From assembly GCA_051047955.1 (NCBI GenBank), contig JBPGPT010000005.1, positions 372,001-436,000 of the forward strand: a stretch of 64,000 bases of DNA, written 5' to 3'. Position numbers and translations under genes: made by a program. Positions 39,829 to 51,527 of the stretch are shown here, in pieces. The first letter of the stretch is position 1; each line of letters opens with the position of its first letter. This DNA is from Cystobasidiomycetes sp. EMM_F5. Its lineage: Eukaryota. Below the pieces are notes generated by a model that did no database searches, was not told the origin of the DNA, and worked only from the letters and a program-made list of their open reading frames with translations.

Positions 39829-40540
39829 AGTGAATCTATTTGTCCTCTCCTTCTCCGCAAATATCCTGCTAAACTGCCTGCAGTGACTCAAGACTACTCT
39901 GGACACCATCTCGGAGGACGTATGTCGTCTATTCCTGTGTTGTCTATTTGGTGCCTTCCTGATCCACAGCAACACAGTCAAGGCTGCTTTGCACAATCCA
40001 AATGGTTCGCCGCACAGACCCTCCAGCCTGTTCAGCGTTCATGTACTGATGCACGCAACGCCCGTAGTCTCTGAAGAGAAGAAGGCGGAAATCATTGAGA
40101 ATCTTCAGCGCGAAGGCTTCGAGGTAAACGAGAACAACGATGTCATCACAAAAGAGGAAAGCGCTCGCCTGGACGATCAGGTATCGACTGCGCTATCTCG
40201 AGATGCCTCTACGGACTCCAAGTCCTCGACTGACAGCGAGCATGAACATCGCGGTAAGCTGATCAACTCTTCAACATCATCACTTACTGATCGTATGATC
40301 TGCTATTGACTTACGTAGTCTTAGGCGGTTTGAAGGTGAGCAGAAGCACTTCTTTTGTGTTCGAGGTCACCGGAGTCATACGACCATTACAGGCTGCTCT
40401 CCACAACACCCACGTCAAGGAGGAGACCAAGGAACAGATCCGGGAGGAACTGGAAGCTCGTGTGAGTCGAAGCGGATACCTTTATAGCAACCAGGTTAAT
40501 CGAGTCTCCGCAAAAGGGAGTTGATGTCGACTCGCTCTGA
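39829..40540 (+). CDS. Conidiation protein Con-6-like small hydrophilic protein, two repeats, many small exons
   Basis: Spliced repeats HLGG|LKAALHNPN|VSEEKK and R|VLGGLK|AALHNTHVKEETK; start codon appears split A|TG by intron 39830-39883. Confidence 0.75.
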
Positions 40541-40756
40541 CAGGCTCAGCCGAAAGCAGAACTAGCTGGTCGTTGTTAGCGAAAGGACCGTTGTAATTTA
40601 ATCGGAAAGCGTGTGCCCACGTTGCAACCAATTTCTCACACGCCACTGGTATTGACATAGGTCCGACAGAATTTGCTGCATATGTAGGTGAGCGCATGCA
40701 AAGTATATAATGTTCGCTCTACGCTACAACAGGTATATTCGTATATCACGTTTGGT

Positions 40757-41871
40757 CTATTCCGCCTCCGCCTCAAACCGCTCTTCTTCAATATCCTCTG
40801 GTAGGCGAATAGCTCCCTTGCGTCGAGAATCGTACAGCTGCCACATATAGCCGGCGAAGAGCGCCACTACCTGCAGAGACGCTACAAGGATGAGAGGAAC
40901 GACGACCTGTACCGGCTTGTCTTCGCCCAAGAGCATGCTGACAAAGATGAAGATAGTGCATGCGGCCCAAGCAAAATCGCGACCTAGGAATACGATAAAG
41001 GCATCTGTGAGGAGGTCACGTTAGCACGTAAGAGAGACTGTCAGTGGCGCACACGTACTGATCAACCCTAGTCCGGTGACGACGCCGAAAGCAATCCACG
41101 CGTGCATTTCATGCTCCTTCTCCCATTTGCCGCTGTGTCCAGGCATACTGCCATTGTACTTGTACCAGTGCAGAGCGATCAAGCCATTTTGCCAAATAGC
41201 CAGATTGACGAGGAAAAGGAGGAACATGCGAACGGGCAAGTGGACGAAGAGGCCACTGACCGGAGTACGTATAGAGTATGGATATTTGAGCAGCGTAATC
41301 CATACGGTGAGCATCATGAATGCTGCCAGGAGCAGGAAGACTTCGGAAATTAAGAATTGCTTCATCACCCAGAAGACTGACCATAGTGCTTGGAAGAGAT
41401 TTGCAGCGCACTGCGAACCTGTGGTCAGCGAAGCCACACCTTTGATGCGTAAAGCTACGTACAAGCCTGAGACCGACGCCCTTAATGGCCATTTCTCGAG
41501 TCGCACGGCTTCTCGATAGAGTGATGACGAGGCAGTAACAGATTTGCAGCACGTACATCTAAGAAGTACTTGTCAGCTAAGGGACGAAAGCGCTGTGTAA
41601 ACTTAGGGCCCACAAAGAGAAGATATCCGCCGATGAACTCCTTCCAAGGCGTCCAGATAGTCTCGTACTCGTCACTGATTTCGCCAATGTTGGGTCTCAC
41701 TGCGAATATCGTGACAAGCTGTGCGCCCAGCGCAAGCAGCAGAGTCAACGGGGTAAATATCTGCAACCGGATGAGTTGCTGGAGAGTAGGCGAGACATCT
41801 TCGTCGAGCGACTGATGAGCCGGATCTGAGTGCTGTGCGTGCGTACGCAGTGTGGACGGCGGGCCAGTCAT
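40757..41871 (-). CDS. Multi-pass fungal membrane protein (DUF1774-like)
   Basis: About 7 hydrophobic segments across exons; ISDEYETIWTP..FIGGY, QICYC, LFVHLPVRM; C-terminus RKGAIRLPED...*. Confidence 0.6.
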
Positions 41872-42115
41872 TCTCGACGTTGCTCTCAGATGTGGACGGC
41901 GGGACAATCAAATAAAACCAAGCAATGTAGCAAGCAGCAAAAGCTACAAGTTGATGACGACGGACGATCGAATTACAAAGGTGGCGGAAGAACCACGAAG
42001 CTTAAGGAAAAGTAGTTCCATGCTTCGCGAGGTCAAGCACTTGGTATTAGGGCAAGAGGCAGGACAGTGAAAAATCCAGAACTATAGCCGAGCTGGATAA
42101 AATGGATCTATCTGT

Positions 42116-43028
42116 CTATTGCTTTGCCTGCCCCGCAATCTCGCGGACGAAGCTAGCAATCTCTTTGCTCTTCGTCAAAAATGGTGTATGAGAGGTGTTT
42201 AACCGAAGCACTTGCGTGATACCCGCCCCCTGAATCATTTTCTCTTGCGATTCCAATGGTATTGCCTTGTCCTCAGTGCACAGCACATACGCGCACGGTA
42301 TATCGCGAAACGCCTCATAAGTAACAGGACTGTCGAGAACCCTAGGCAGAGCCGGTGAGTTCACGTAACCGACGGACTTGAGGGCGAAACCTACTTGTAT
42401 GATTGATAAGTATTTTTGAGCTTGTCGAGATAAGGTCGACGAATGTCTTCTGGTACATCATGATACATCCACTTTTCAGGATCATGCAAATAAAGGTAGT
42501 GGTCCTGTATGCAGACAAACCATCAATTAAATTGGGTTACGTCTCCAAAACAAACTTGCATATTTGAGATTGTAGAATGGCGGAGTAAAGCCTTCTGGTA
42601 GAGAACCATTCAAGCTCATGCCTTTGGGGAGTGCGAATGCAGCTACGTAGACGATCGCTTGTATCCAGGTCTTCTTGCCGTCAGCGTTTCTGTCCTTTTC
42701 TGCCAAACCTTCCGCTGCGTTCGATGCTACGGCCCCTCCGTACGAATGGCAGACAACAACGACATTGTTGCCTTTATTGTCGAGGATGTCTGTGATGGCA
42801 TTTTTGACTACAGCAACATCCTGGGACATATCTTTGTGCGGAGGATTCGCCCCTACCGACGGTAAGGTGACTGTTGTATTAGAGTAACCGTGATGCCGTA
42901 AATCAAACGTGAGGGGGTGAAAATAGTCCGGAGAATGCCACTGTCATTCGAATTTAGTCTGTACTGTGGTTTAGAGCTTTATATCAACGTACTGCTCCGT
43001 GAACCCATAGAATTGTTGGTTTACTCAT
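42116..43028 (-). CDS. Alpha/beta hydrolase (methylesterase/HNL-like)
   Basis: MSKPTILWVHGA|WHSP, nucleophile elbow VCHSYGG, YVLCTEDKAIP (Asp), TSHTPF (His). Confidence 0.88.
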
Positions 43029-43178
43029 TTGCGGAGATCGGCTGAACAAGCTCTCGACTATCGTAAACGCAATAAGATGCAAAGGGAGCGCAGGTTTGCT
43101 CGAATCCAGAGCCTTGTGCCGGTTGCAACACGGCTAAGGGAAGCCGAAGTTGGCAGGACCTCTGTGTGGGTTCGACCC

Positions 43179-43183
43179 AAAAA
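43179..43183 (-). terminator. Putative Pol III terminator (T5) downstream of the tRNA
   Basis: TTTTT on the minus strand 13 nt after the discriminator base. Confidence 0.55.
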
Positions 43184-43196
43184 GAATAGAATGCAA

Positions 43197-43321
43197 CGAT
43201 CAAGAAGGGACTCGAACCCTCAATCTTCCCCTTAGGAGGGGGATGCCGTAACCATTTGGCCACTCGCTACTTTAATCATTAGAATGAACGTAAATCGCGA
43301 AACTCGGCCCGCACTCACACC
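43197..43321 (-). tRNA. tRNA-Arg(CCT), split into exon 1 (43319-43321, GGT) and exon 2 (43197-43266) by a spliceosomal-type intron
   Basis: Spliced 73-nt sequence GGTCGAG TG GCCAAATGGTTACGGC A TCCCC CTCCTAA GGGGA AGATT GAGGG TTCGAGT CCCTT CTTGATC G folds into a standard cloverleaf. The tRNA body itself is unambiguous; the 5' exon assignment is inferred from stem pairing. Confidence 0.85.
43267..43318 (-). other. 52-nt GT-AG spliceosomal-type intron in the tRNA acceptor stem
   Basis: GTGAGTGCGGGCCGAGTTTCGCGATTTACGTTCATTCTAATGATTAAAGTAG: GTGAGT donor, CTAAT branch site about 12 nt from the TAG acceptor, length like this window's mRNA introns. Confidence 0.75.
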
Positions 43322-43368
43322 ATCGGCTGCACTCTGGGAAGCAAGCGAGTGATCGAGATTATTTAGCC

Positions 43369-43377
43369 ATATATTTA
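43369..43377 (-). promoter_or_regulatory. TATA-like element upstream of tRNA exon 1
   Basis: TAAATATAT about 50 nt upstream of tRNA nucleotide 1. Confidence 0.4.
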
Positions 43378-43781
43378 CGTCTCTTAACTTTTCCTTCACA
43401 ATGCGAATCCAGCATCTCGTTAGTTGGGCGCCTTTCGGGCCCTACCGAGGCAGCAAAGGCATCAAATTGCCGGTGTAGTCTATTCCTGTACCTCGCGACC
43501 GTCAGCACATACTTTTAAATAGGTCTGCGGTTTTTAGCAATTTTTATTTATCAGATTGATTACATTGGTCTATGATACGTCGGATGTAGGATGGGAAGGA
43601 GGAAGCGACTGGTGGCCGGGGCTCTTCGTGTGAATTAATCGAAATGTATATTGCGAGTCAGAAAGAAATTGATATTTGAATATACATGTTGCATCAGCCA
43701 GATCCTTTGATGGCACAGCGAGCAGAAGATGATTGCGTGAAAGCGTTAAGATGTCATACACGCAGGCGCAGTACTGTTTGC

Positions 43782-45593
43782 TTATGTACTATTGCGATCA
43801 TTCGAGGTCGAAGTGGCTGGACTCGGACACTCGGATTTTCTATTGCAATCATTGGAAGTTGTTGGGATAGCTGAATCTTGGCAGAAGTCTGGTTCCTTTT
43901 GCTAATTAAAGAACAGGACATCGTCTTCAGCGATCTGTGATGCATAGCTTCCTTAAATCGGACACACCATGTAGATCCAAGTTAAGGGTGCCATGATGAG
44001 CGAGATCGCAGCTGTGATGCCAATTTGTATTCTGAAGCCGTTCGGGATCCCATATGTGTCTAGAATCTGTCCAGCCACGATGGGACCGATGAATGCAGCA
44101 AGAGAAAAGGTGAGGTTGAATCCACCGTACGCATAAGAAGTTCCACAGACGCCGTTTGATGTGCTGGAAACATGGGCTAGCCAGACCATTACGGGCTGTC
44201 TCCTTTGGATCAGCATACTTAGGATATCTAAATATCTTAACATACCGAATTTATGAGGCCAGAGCAAAGACCACAAAGCACGAGCAGAGCGATGAAAGCC
44301 GGCAGCGGCAGCTGCTCGATCATCAAAGAGCAGAGTGCCGGGATGAAGCCAGCACAACAGAGGGTGGACAGTATTCGGCATCCAAAGCGATCCGTGAGCC
44401 AGCCCTGTGCGGAACCCGTGTTAGCGGTATGCATGACAGATACTGTGAATTAGAGGGGCTCACAGCAGCAGGCGAGATGATACTAGAAGGAATGGCAACG
44501 GCGAAGTAGGCAAGACCAGCACCCTCCGCGTCTAATCCGTATCGCTGACTGAGTCGTAAGACTAGTGCGGTATTGTAAATACCTGGCAGACTCGGACGTC
44601 AGTCTAGTTCTTCGAGCTGGAGAGCGAGCGTGCTAGCCTAAACGAACCTGAAAAGATGAGTCCGTTCAAGAACGAAACCATCAAAGGAACAAGAGCTCGG
44701 AGATCGAATAAAAGAAATTTTATAGCAGCTGTGGTGTTGTGCTGGAGCTTATCTGAGGCGGGATCCGTGGGAGCTGTGTCGACGGTCTTTAGGTCGTCAT
44801 CCATCTCTCCCGCAGCTGTACTGGTCGCAGGCGCCCATTTTGCAATCTCGTGCTTTTCTACAACCAAGATCCGAAGTATCAAGTCGAGACCAACTGCAAA
44901 GATATCAGCAAAAACACACGTGAGCCCCGGCAGAACGGCGTACCTAAAGCCAATGCGAAAATGGCGGGCGCGTTCCAACCTAGACGCGTATACAGTACCC
45001 CACCTACGGGCTGTCCTACAGCGGTTCCGAAGGAATCTCCAATCATGGCTATGCCCATGCACTTCCCCAGCATTGTAGAGGGGCAATTATCCGCGACTAC
45101 GATGGTTGCAAGTATTAGCTATACTGGATGATGTAAGTCAGGTGGACAGTGATTGTGGCCTACCCAGAGCCAGGCCTATTGTCCAAATACCGGCGCCGCT
45201 AGCGCCTTGAAGTACTCTCGCACTCACCATGCCCGCATAATTCGGAGCAAACAGAAAGAAGAGGATACTGAGGGCCATCAAGACCAGCGCTCCTAGCAGG
45301 AGATTCCGTTTTCCTCTGTACCTGCTCCCCAGCCAGGCGAATGGAAAGGTCGCGACAACCAAGCCTCCTGCATATGCTGCCGCAAGCCAGCCTGTTAGGG
45401 AAGGTATATTTTGAAAGCCGAGCGCTTCAAGCCGGAAGGGAATAGCTGGCGTGAAGAGAGGATATAGACAAACGTCTGTGAAAAGGCCCATCCCGGTAAC
45501 GAGCGTGATGTAGTAAACGGAAGATCTCAACTTTAGCAGAAGCGGCATATTCATTGCTGTTGTAACGTCATCAGATCCGTTTCGTCGAAACAT
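43782..45593 (-). CDS. MFS transporter (vesicular amine transporter/SLC18-like), copy A
   Basis: GLFTDVCLYPLFTPAIPFRLE, ARVLQGASGAGIWTIGLAL|VADN, G..MGIAM, GWLTDRFG, YGGFNLTFSLAAFIGPIVAG. Confidence 0.88.
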
Positions 45594-46558
45594 AATTGGA
45601 AAAGTTTAGTGTGAAGCAACCGCAGCCTGGCGTCAGCTTGACCGAAAGGTATCGTATTGATATAGCACGATGCGAGGCCAGCACTTATAAAAAAACCGGC
45701 GTAACCCCGGCAGATTGCAGGGTTCTCTTGACCTGGAATGCACCCGGCTATTGACGAGGGAGATGTCTCGAGGAATCCACCCGTGCTCGACACTTAATTA
45801 AACGACAGAGGCTGTGCTGGAACATCATTGCTTATATCAAACTGACAGGTTTCGTAAGTGCCGGTACGAAAGCGACCGCGTACGGTATATCGCCGATCAA
45901 ATATCGTTCTAACATCTTTTGCCGATATAGGCGCGTTGTAACAACATCGTAACGTGTTCACGTAAGTTGAGTATGGTGTGACTTGCGACCTGCACAAACT
46001 CTGCAAGAAACCCGCTTCTATAGCTAGAGAGACCTGCTTGTCTTTCGAATGCACGAAGCCTATTCTGGTTCGGCGAGTCTACGAGACCGTAGCGACCCAC
46101 TCCAGTAGGCGTAAGAGGTTCTCCACGGTATTACCTCCAAGTACCTGCGTTCCAAGCCTGCGTAATGCTCTAGGCGGAATGTTAGGTGAGGTGATGCATT
46201 TGCATTCAGTCTGCAATTGCGTTAATTTCGGCAGTATCCTACTTTTACGGTATTTTGCGGGTGTGTAGATTATGCAGATTGAGTGAACACTTGTGAAGCG
46301 GCGTCAAGTTGATCGAGCAATACAGTCGCGTTTCAATCGTCTTTATTCGGCATGATTTTGTCGACCTGCCCTCAAGAATGTGATGAAGTAACCTTCCCAG
46401 ACATGGCATGGGGCCATGATTGCTGCTACTGGATGCTCTACGTATATTTCATGAACTGCCTCCAGAGGCGGCGTTATAAGTTGGGATTGCCGAGCACGTT
46501 GTCGGGCGTTGCGGAGGGTATACGGAACGGCCGAGTGTACGGGATTCCAAGGCGAGTT

Positions 46559-48310
46559 CTATGTCATGTCCAGCGTAACTTCAGCCGCCTCTGGTTCTTT
46601 CCGCTGAATGAAACACGACATTGGTCAGCGTGTATACCGGGACCAACTGGAAATCTACCACGCACCATATAAATCCAAGTCAAGGGCGCCATGATCAGCG
46701 AAATCGCAGCTGTGATGCCAATTTGTATTTTGAAGCCGTTTGCGACACCGCACGTTTCGAGGATCTGTCCAGCTACGATGGGACCAACGAATGCAGCCAG
46801 AGAGAAGGTGAGGTTGAAACCGCCATATGCGTGAGAGGTTCCGCAGATACCATTAGATGTGCTGGAGACATGGGCTAGCCAGACCATAACGGGCTGTCTC
46901 AATGAGATCAGCATCGAAAGGCGTACATTTTCATGTCGAAGCGTACCGAATTTATTAGACCGGAGCACAGGCCACAAAGCACGAGCAGAGCGATAAAAGC
47001 AGGCAGAGGCAGCTGCTCGATCATCAGAAGGCACAATGCCGGAATAAAGCCAGCGCAGCAGAGGGTAGACAGTATTCGACATCCAAGGCGATCAGTAAGT
47101 CCACCCTGGCGGAGTCGAACGACTGCTTAGCAGTGCATTTGGAGGGTAGAATACATAATGCGCTCACAGCGACTGGCGAGATGATACTTGAAGGTATGGC
47201 AATAGCAAAGTATACGAGACCGGCGCCCTCCGAGTTTAGTCCGTACCGTTGATTGAGCCTTAAGACAAGCGCAGTATTGTATATCCCTGAATTGAGTGAC
47301 AAAAGAAGTCAGATCAGCAAACCCCCGTTATTGCGCGAATCGATTTACCGGAAAAGATGAACCCGTTCAAAAAAGACACCATCAGTGGGACTAGAGCGCG
47401 TAGGTTGAACATGAGGTATTTTATAGCAGCCAGAGAGTCGTAGTGTGGCTTATCTTTGACGGGCTCGGGTGGTGCGGTCTCGACAATTTTCATGTCTTCG
47501 CCCAACTCAGGTGATTGTCCAGCGCTAGTGGTCACAGCTTCATCGCCCCGCCAGTTTGCGACCTCGTGCTTTTCAATAACAAATACTCGGAGGAGGAAGT
47601 CAAAGCCAACTGAATGTATATCAGTGTAAGCCTTGAATCCTGCTCGGAAATAGCTAGCCCGCACCACACGCTAACGCAAAGATAGCTGGAGCATTCCAGC
47701 CCAGGCGAGAATACAGAACACCACCAAGAGGCTGTCCTATCGCGGCACCGAAGGAGTAGCCAATCATGGCCAAACCCATGCATTTTCCCAGTATTGCAGG
47801 AGGGCAATTGTCAGCAACTGCATCGGTCGGAGTTTTGTCAATTGTGCATACATCGTCACTGCGAGCGGAACCCGTCGTACCTAGTGCCAGTCCTAACGTC
47901 CAAATACCTGCACCGCTAGCACCTTGCAATATCCTTGCAATGACCATTCCAACATAATTGGAAACCAGGAGGAAGAGTATAATACCGACTGCCATAAGGA
48001 CCAAAGCTCCCAACAAGACGTTTCGTTTCCCCCTGTAATTGCTGCCCAGCCAAGCGAAAGGGAACGTCGCAATGACCAGACCTCCTGCATATGCCGCCGC
48101 GAGCCAGCCTGTCAGGGACGGTATGTTTTGGAAGCCGAGCGCTTCAAGGCGGAAGGGAATAGCTGGCGTGAAGAGAGGATATAGACAAACGTCCGTGAAA
48201 AGGCCCATCCCGGTGACCAGCGTGATGTAGTAAACGGAAGATCTGACGTTCAGAAGAAGCGGCTTTTTTGAGGGTATGGCTACTTTATCAGCTCTCTGTC
48301 CCCGGAACAT
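46559..48310 (-). CDS. MFS transporter (vesicular amine transporter/SLC18-like), copy B
   Basis: Close paralog of copy A with the same intron positions; alternative upstream ATG at 48322. Confidence 0.88.
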
Positions 48311-48530
48311 GGCTAGAGGCATGTTTCAGATAGGCTGCCATGCAGCGAGATTGAGCTGATGCAAGCTGTCACGTCGCGAATGATTATTGATCGCTTGGAG
48401 AGCCGAAAGCCGGTATTGACCTTGGCTTCTGGCAACGACGGTGACAATGGCAGATGTTTGAATGCTGCTGCTGCAACCTGATCTGACAGCAGATAGCGCA
48501 GACATGATTAGCCTACGACTGTCGGCTCCT

Positions 48531-48565
48531 CATCGCATCGCATCGCATCGCATCGCATCACATCA
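48531..48565. repeat. Pentanucleotide microsatellite (CATCG)5(CATCA)2
   Basis: Directly visible upstream of MFS copy B. Confidence 0.9.
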
Positions 48566-49161
48566 CACTCTGTGATCACTCGCCAAAAGTTTTCGCCAAA
48601 TTCGTGTACCACAGTTTCCTCCATTCGCACCACTCGCGGGCTGCAACGAGTCTGCTGCTGTAGCATGAGCATATTCAAACAATGACACTGCCACAACAGT
48701 CCCGCTGCAAGAACGCCGCCTCACTTACCATATTTTATCTCCAAACGCTTTTCCATCGCATCATCCTCCACACCCCTCTCCACACGTTCACAATGATGCA
48801 AATGCCCACGTACATCAATAACTAGAGTCAAGTTGGTAGCATATTGCAAAAGGGATATCTCATGTCCAGTTTGTAGTGCCACGACCACACCGGGCTAGTC
48901 TGAGTATCCTCACTCTCCGCTTTCTCGCACACTTGCTTCCTGCCTCCTACTGCTCATGACTAGACTCTTCACTCTGTCATGCTTCTGTCAAGTAGTCTCC
49001 GTCTCGCTTAAGCTACTCCACTGGCATCTGTATGACGTAAACGAAGTCGACGTTGTAGCTTTATGCAATTATCAGTCCACAACGTTGCATAGCAATTTTA
49101 GTCTATTCTGATTTGCTCTGCCTGCATATGTCTCCGACGTATCTGCGCGACGCCTCTAAAT

Positions 49162-51000
49162 TCATTCTACGAGACTGTATACGAGAACGACAACCAGCAG
49201 GTGTCAGTTCAGCACGACCTCATCGCTATCAAAGTATACACATACGAAGTACCCTCTTTTGTCTGGATGTGCACGCTCGAGTGACTCTTGACCCCGTCAA
49301 TGCGGTTGTATTTGTTTAGATTCTTGTGGAGTGTAATCTACCAAGGTCATGAAATATCAGCAAATCCTCCTTGACTATGAGGAAAAAGCAGATCTACCTG
49401 GAAAACGGATGATCCACCCTGTCTTGCAACGATAACTGACCAAGCGAGGAAGAGTTTCCAGACTCGGTTAATCTTTTCGCCATACTTGGAGGAGCACTTG
49501 TCGGCGTTTTGCAGCCAGTTCTTGTACCATCTCCAGATAGTTGCGCTGTAATGTACTCCAAGTACATCGACGCTCTTCACCTCAAATCCAGCAGCTTCGA
49601 CCTGGTTGATAACCCAGCCGAGCGAAGCCGACGCATCTGCGCCTGGGAAGATGTATTTGTTCATGAAGAGTCCCCTATGTACACAATGTCGTCAGTCATC
49701 ACGATGCGGAGAACAAGGTAGAGCGCGGCATACCAGACGAGGTCCTCGTACTGCCACGAAGGACGCAGACCAGCGACTTGCAGGACAAAGATGCCATCAT
49801 CATCGAGCAGGTTATAGATCTTGCGCATAAAGGACTGGTATCTTCGTACTCCAATATGTTCGGCTTGTTCGAGCGAACTAATCTTTGTAAACCGGCCAGC
49901 TGGATGATCTGGAATATTGTGGGCGTCCATGCACAGGATGCGCGCTCTGTCAGCTGGAACGCTGCAGAGCAAAGACGATCAGTCGGAAATTGCAGATCGG
50001 CGTGATAGGATAGACATACCCATTCGTCGCGAGTCGCTCGGTGCCAAACTTGGTCTGTTCACGAGCAAGAGTAACGCCAGTAGTGTCGCAGCCGAAGTTC
50101 TTTGCAGCATACGTAGCAAGTGTACCCCAGCCGCATCCGATATCGAGATAGCGATCCTCTGGCTTGAGTTCCAATTTATGGCAAACGAGGGCCAGCTTGT
50201 TGTCTTGCAGCTCTTCCAAAGTCTCCTCTTTCGTCTCGTCCCGGACTACGCCAGATGTGTAAATCATGCGGGGACCGAGGAACCAGTTGTAAAAGTCGTT
50301 GCCGCTGTTATTAACAAATGTATTGGATCAGACAAGCTTTGTAATGCAATCAACACATTGGACGTACCGGTCGTAATGATCTCGAATCTGCTCTTCATCT
50401 TGGCTGCTGGTGTGCATTATGACATCTGGAAGGAAGCGCGTAAAGACGTCGTAGAATAGCTCCCAAGTAAAGGCAAAAGTAGCCCAGTCGTGACGCGCTT
50501 CCATCGTTTCGAGAATATCGTCTGACGAAACAAGGAAGAGGTGAGTCGAGGATCACGCAGGGTGAGAAGGATGCACTCCACTTACGATTAAAGTCCACCT
50601 TCTGGTCAAAATAGGCATCATACAGTGTCTGCATCGGAATCTTTTTCGACTCGTACTGGCTCTTCAGTTTTGCGTCCTTGAAGGTAAAGTAGTACGACAT
50701 TGGGCGGTTCGGGAGGAGCTTGAGCGCTGCTTCACGCTTCGCTCCGCCAATGCGCGACATGATGTACCAGTACCCGACCGTCGCAGGAACGCCAGTAATG
50801 GGCAGCCAGAAGAGCAGGTACGACCACGAGAAGAGCGAGATGGAGAAGAAGGGGATAAACTTGAAGAGCAGCCATGGCGAGAGGAGGACTATGGCTGCCA
50901 GCTGCAGGTTGCTAAAAGACCCGTTGCCGTCGACGGGGTACGGCGGTTGAGGAATTGTCACTGCGCCGCTTCTTCGCAGCGGTCCATCGATGCCCGACAT
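49162..51000 (-). CDS. Sphingolipid C9-methyltransferase (cyclopropane-fatty-acid synthase family)
   Basis: GNGSFSN, N-terminal TMs, KIPMQTLYDAYFD, HYDR|GNDFYNWFLGPRMIYTSG, YLDIGCGWGTL, FMNKYIFPGADAS, ITLHKNLN. Confidence 0.9.
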
Positions 51001-51527
51001 GGCGACAGAGTTGGTGTGCGTTTATCGAGACGGGTATTCAGTATTATATGCAAACCTAGCTCTGGCTTGTCAAAAACCAAAGTTCGAACTGGAATTCAGG
51101 GCGAGGTTTTCTTGACGCGTCGACCGAGCAAAGTCGCAGAAACTAGGCAGACGCTCAGACAGCTGCAAGGACACCCAAAAGCACTGTACACATAGGACTA
51201 CAACGCAAAAGTCGTGCAGACATCGCAAAAGCCAGCTCCTATGCGGCTACTACCGAATTCGAAACGCAGCAGTGTTCTAAGTTTCGACAAAAACTATTTC
51301 TTTGCACGTAACTGGTTGTGGTTTCCAATTTACTGCGAGATTCATACAAGACCTAGTCTCATATCGTATGGGCTGTATCGTTCATCATTGAGCCAGTTTG
51401 AAGCAACACACCGAGCTGTCAGGAATCTGTGATCAAACTCATCGATTGCCAAATTTCTGGATGTCGGGGTTGCTGTCCAGAGATCTTTCGTCTACGCTGT
51501 AATTCCCACTCCGCCCGCCTGCACACC

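Noticed and set aside
43167..43179. TGGGTTCGACCCA hairpin resembling a second T-arm/B-box on the plus strand
   Set aside because: No D arm, anticodon arm or acceptor stem can be built around it.
43021..43263. 80-aa ORF MAKWLRHPPP...
   Set aside because: Incidental translation of the tRNA sequence; non-ATG start.
43197..43269. Reading the tRNA as a plain pseudogene, or as a substrate for Thg1-like 5' editing (mismatches at positions 1 and 3)
   Set aside because: Not excluded, but less parsimonious: neither explains a full donor/branch/acceptor set whose excision restores all seven acceptor pairs, and 5' editing is known from mitochondrial tRNAs.
42116..51000. Hydrolase + 2 MFS + methyltransferase as a secondary-metabolite cluster
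   Set aside because: No backbone enzyme or cluster regulator; the methyltransferase belongs to core glucosylceramide synthesis.
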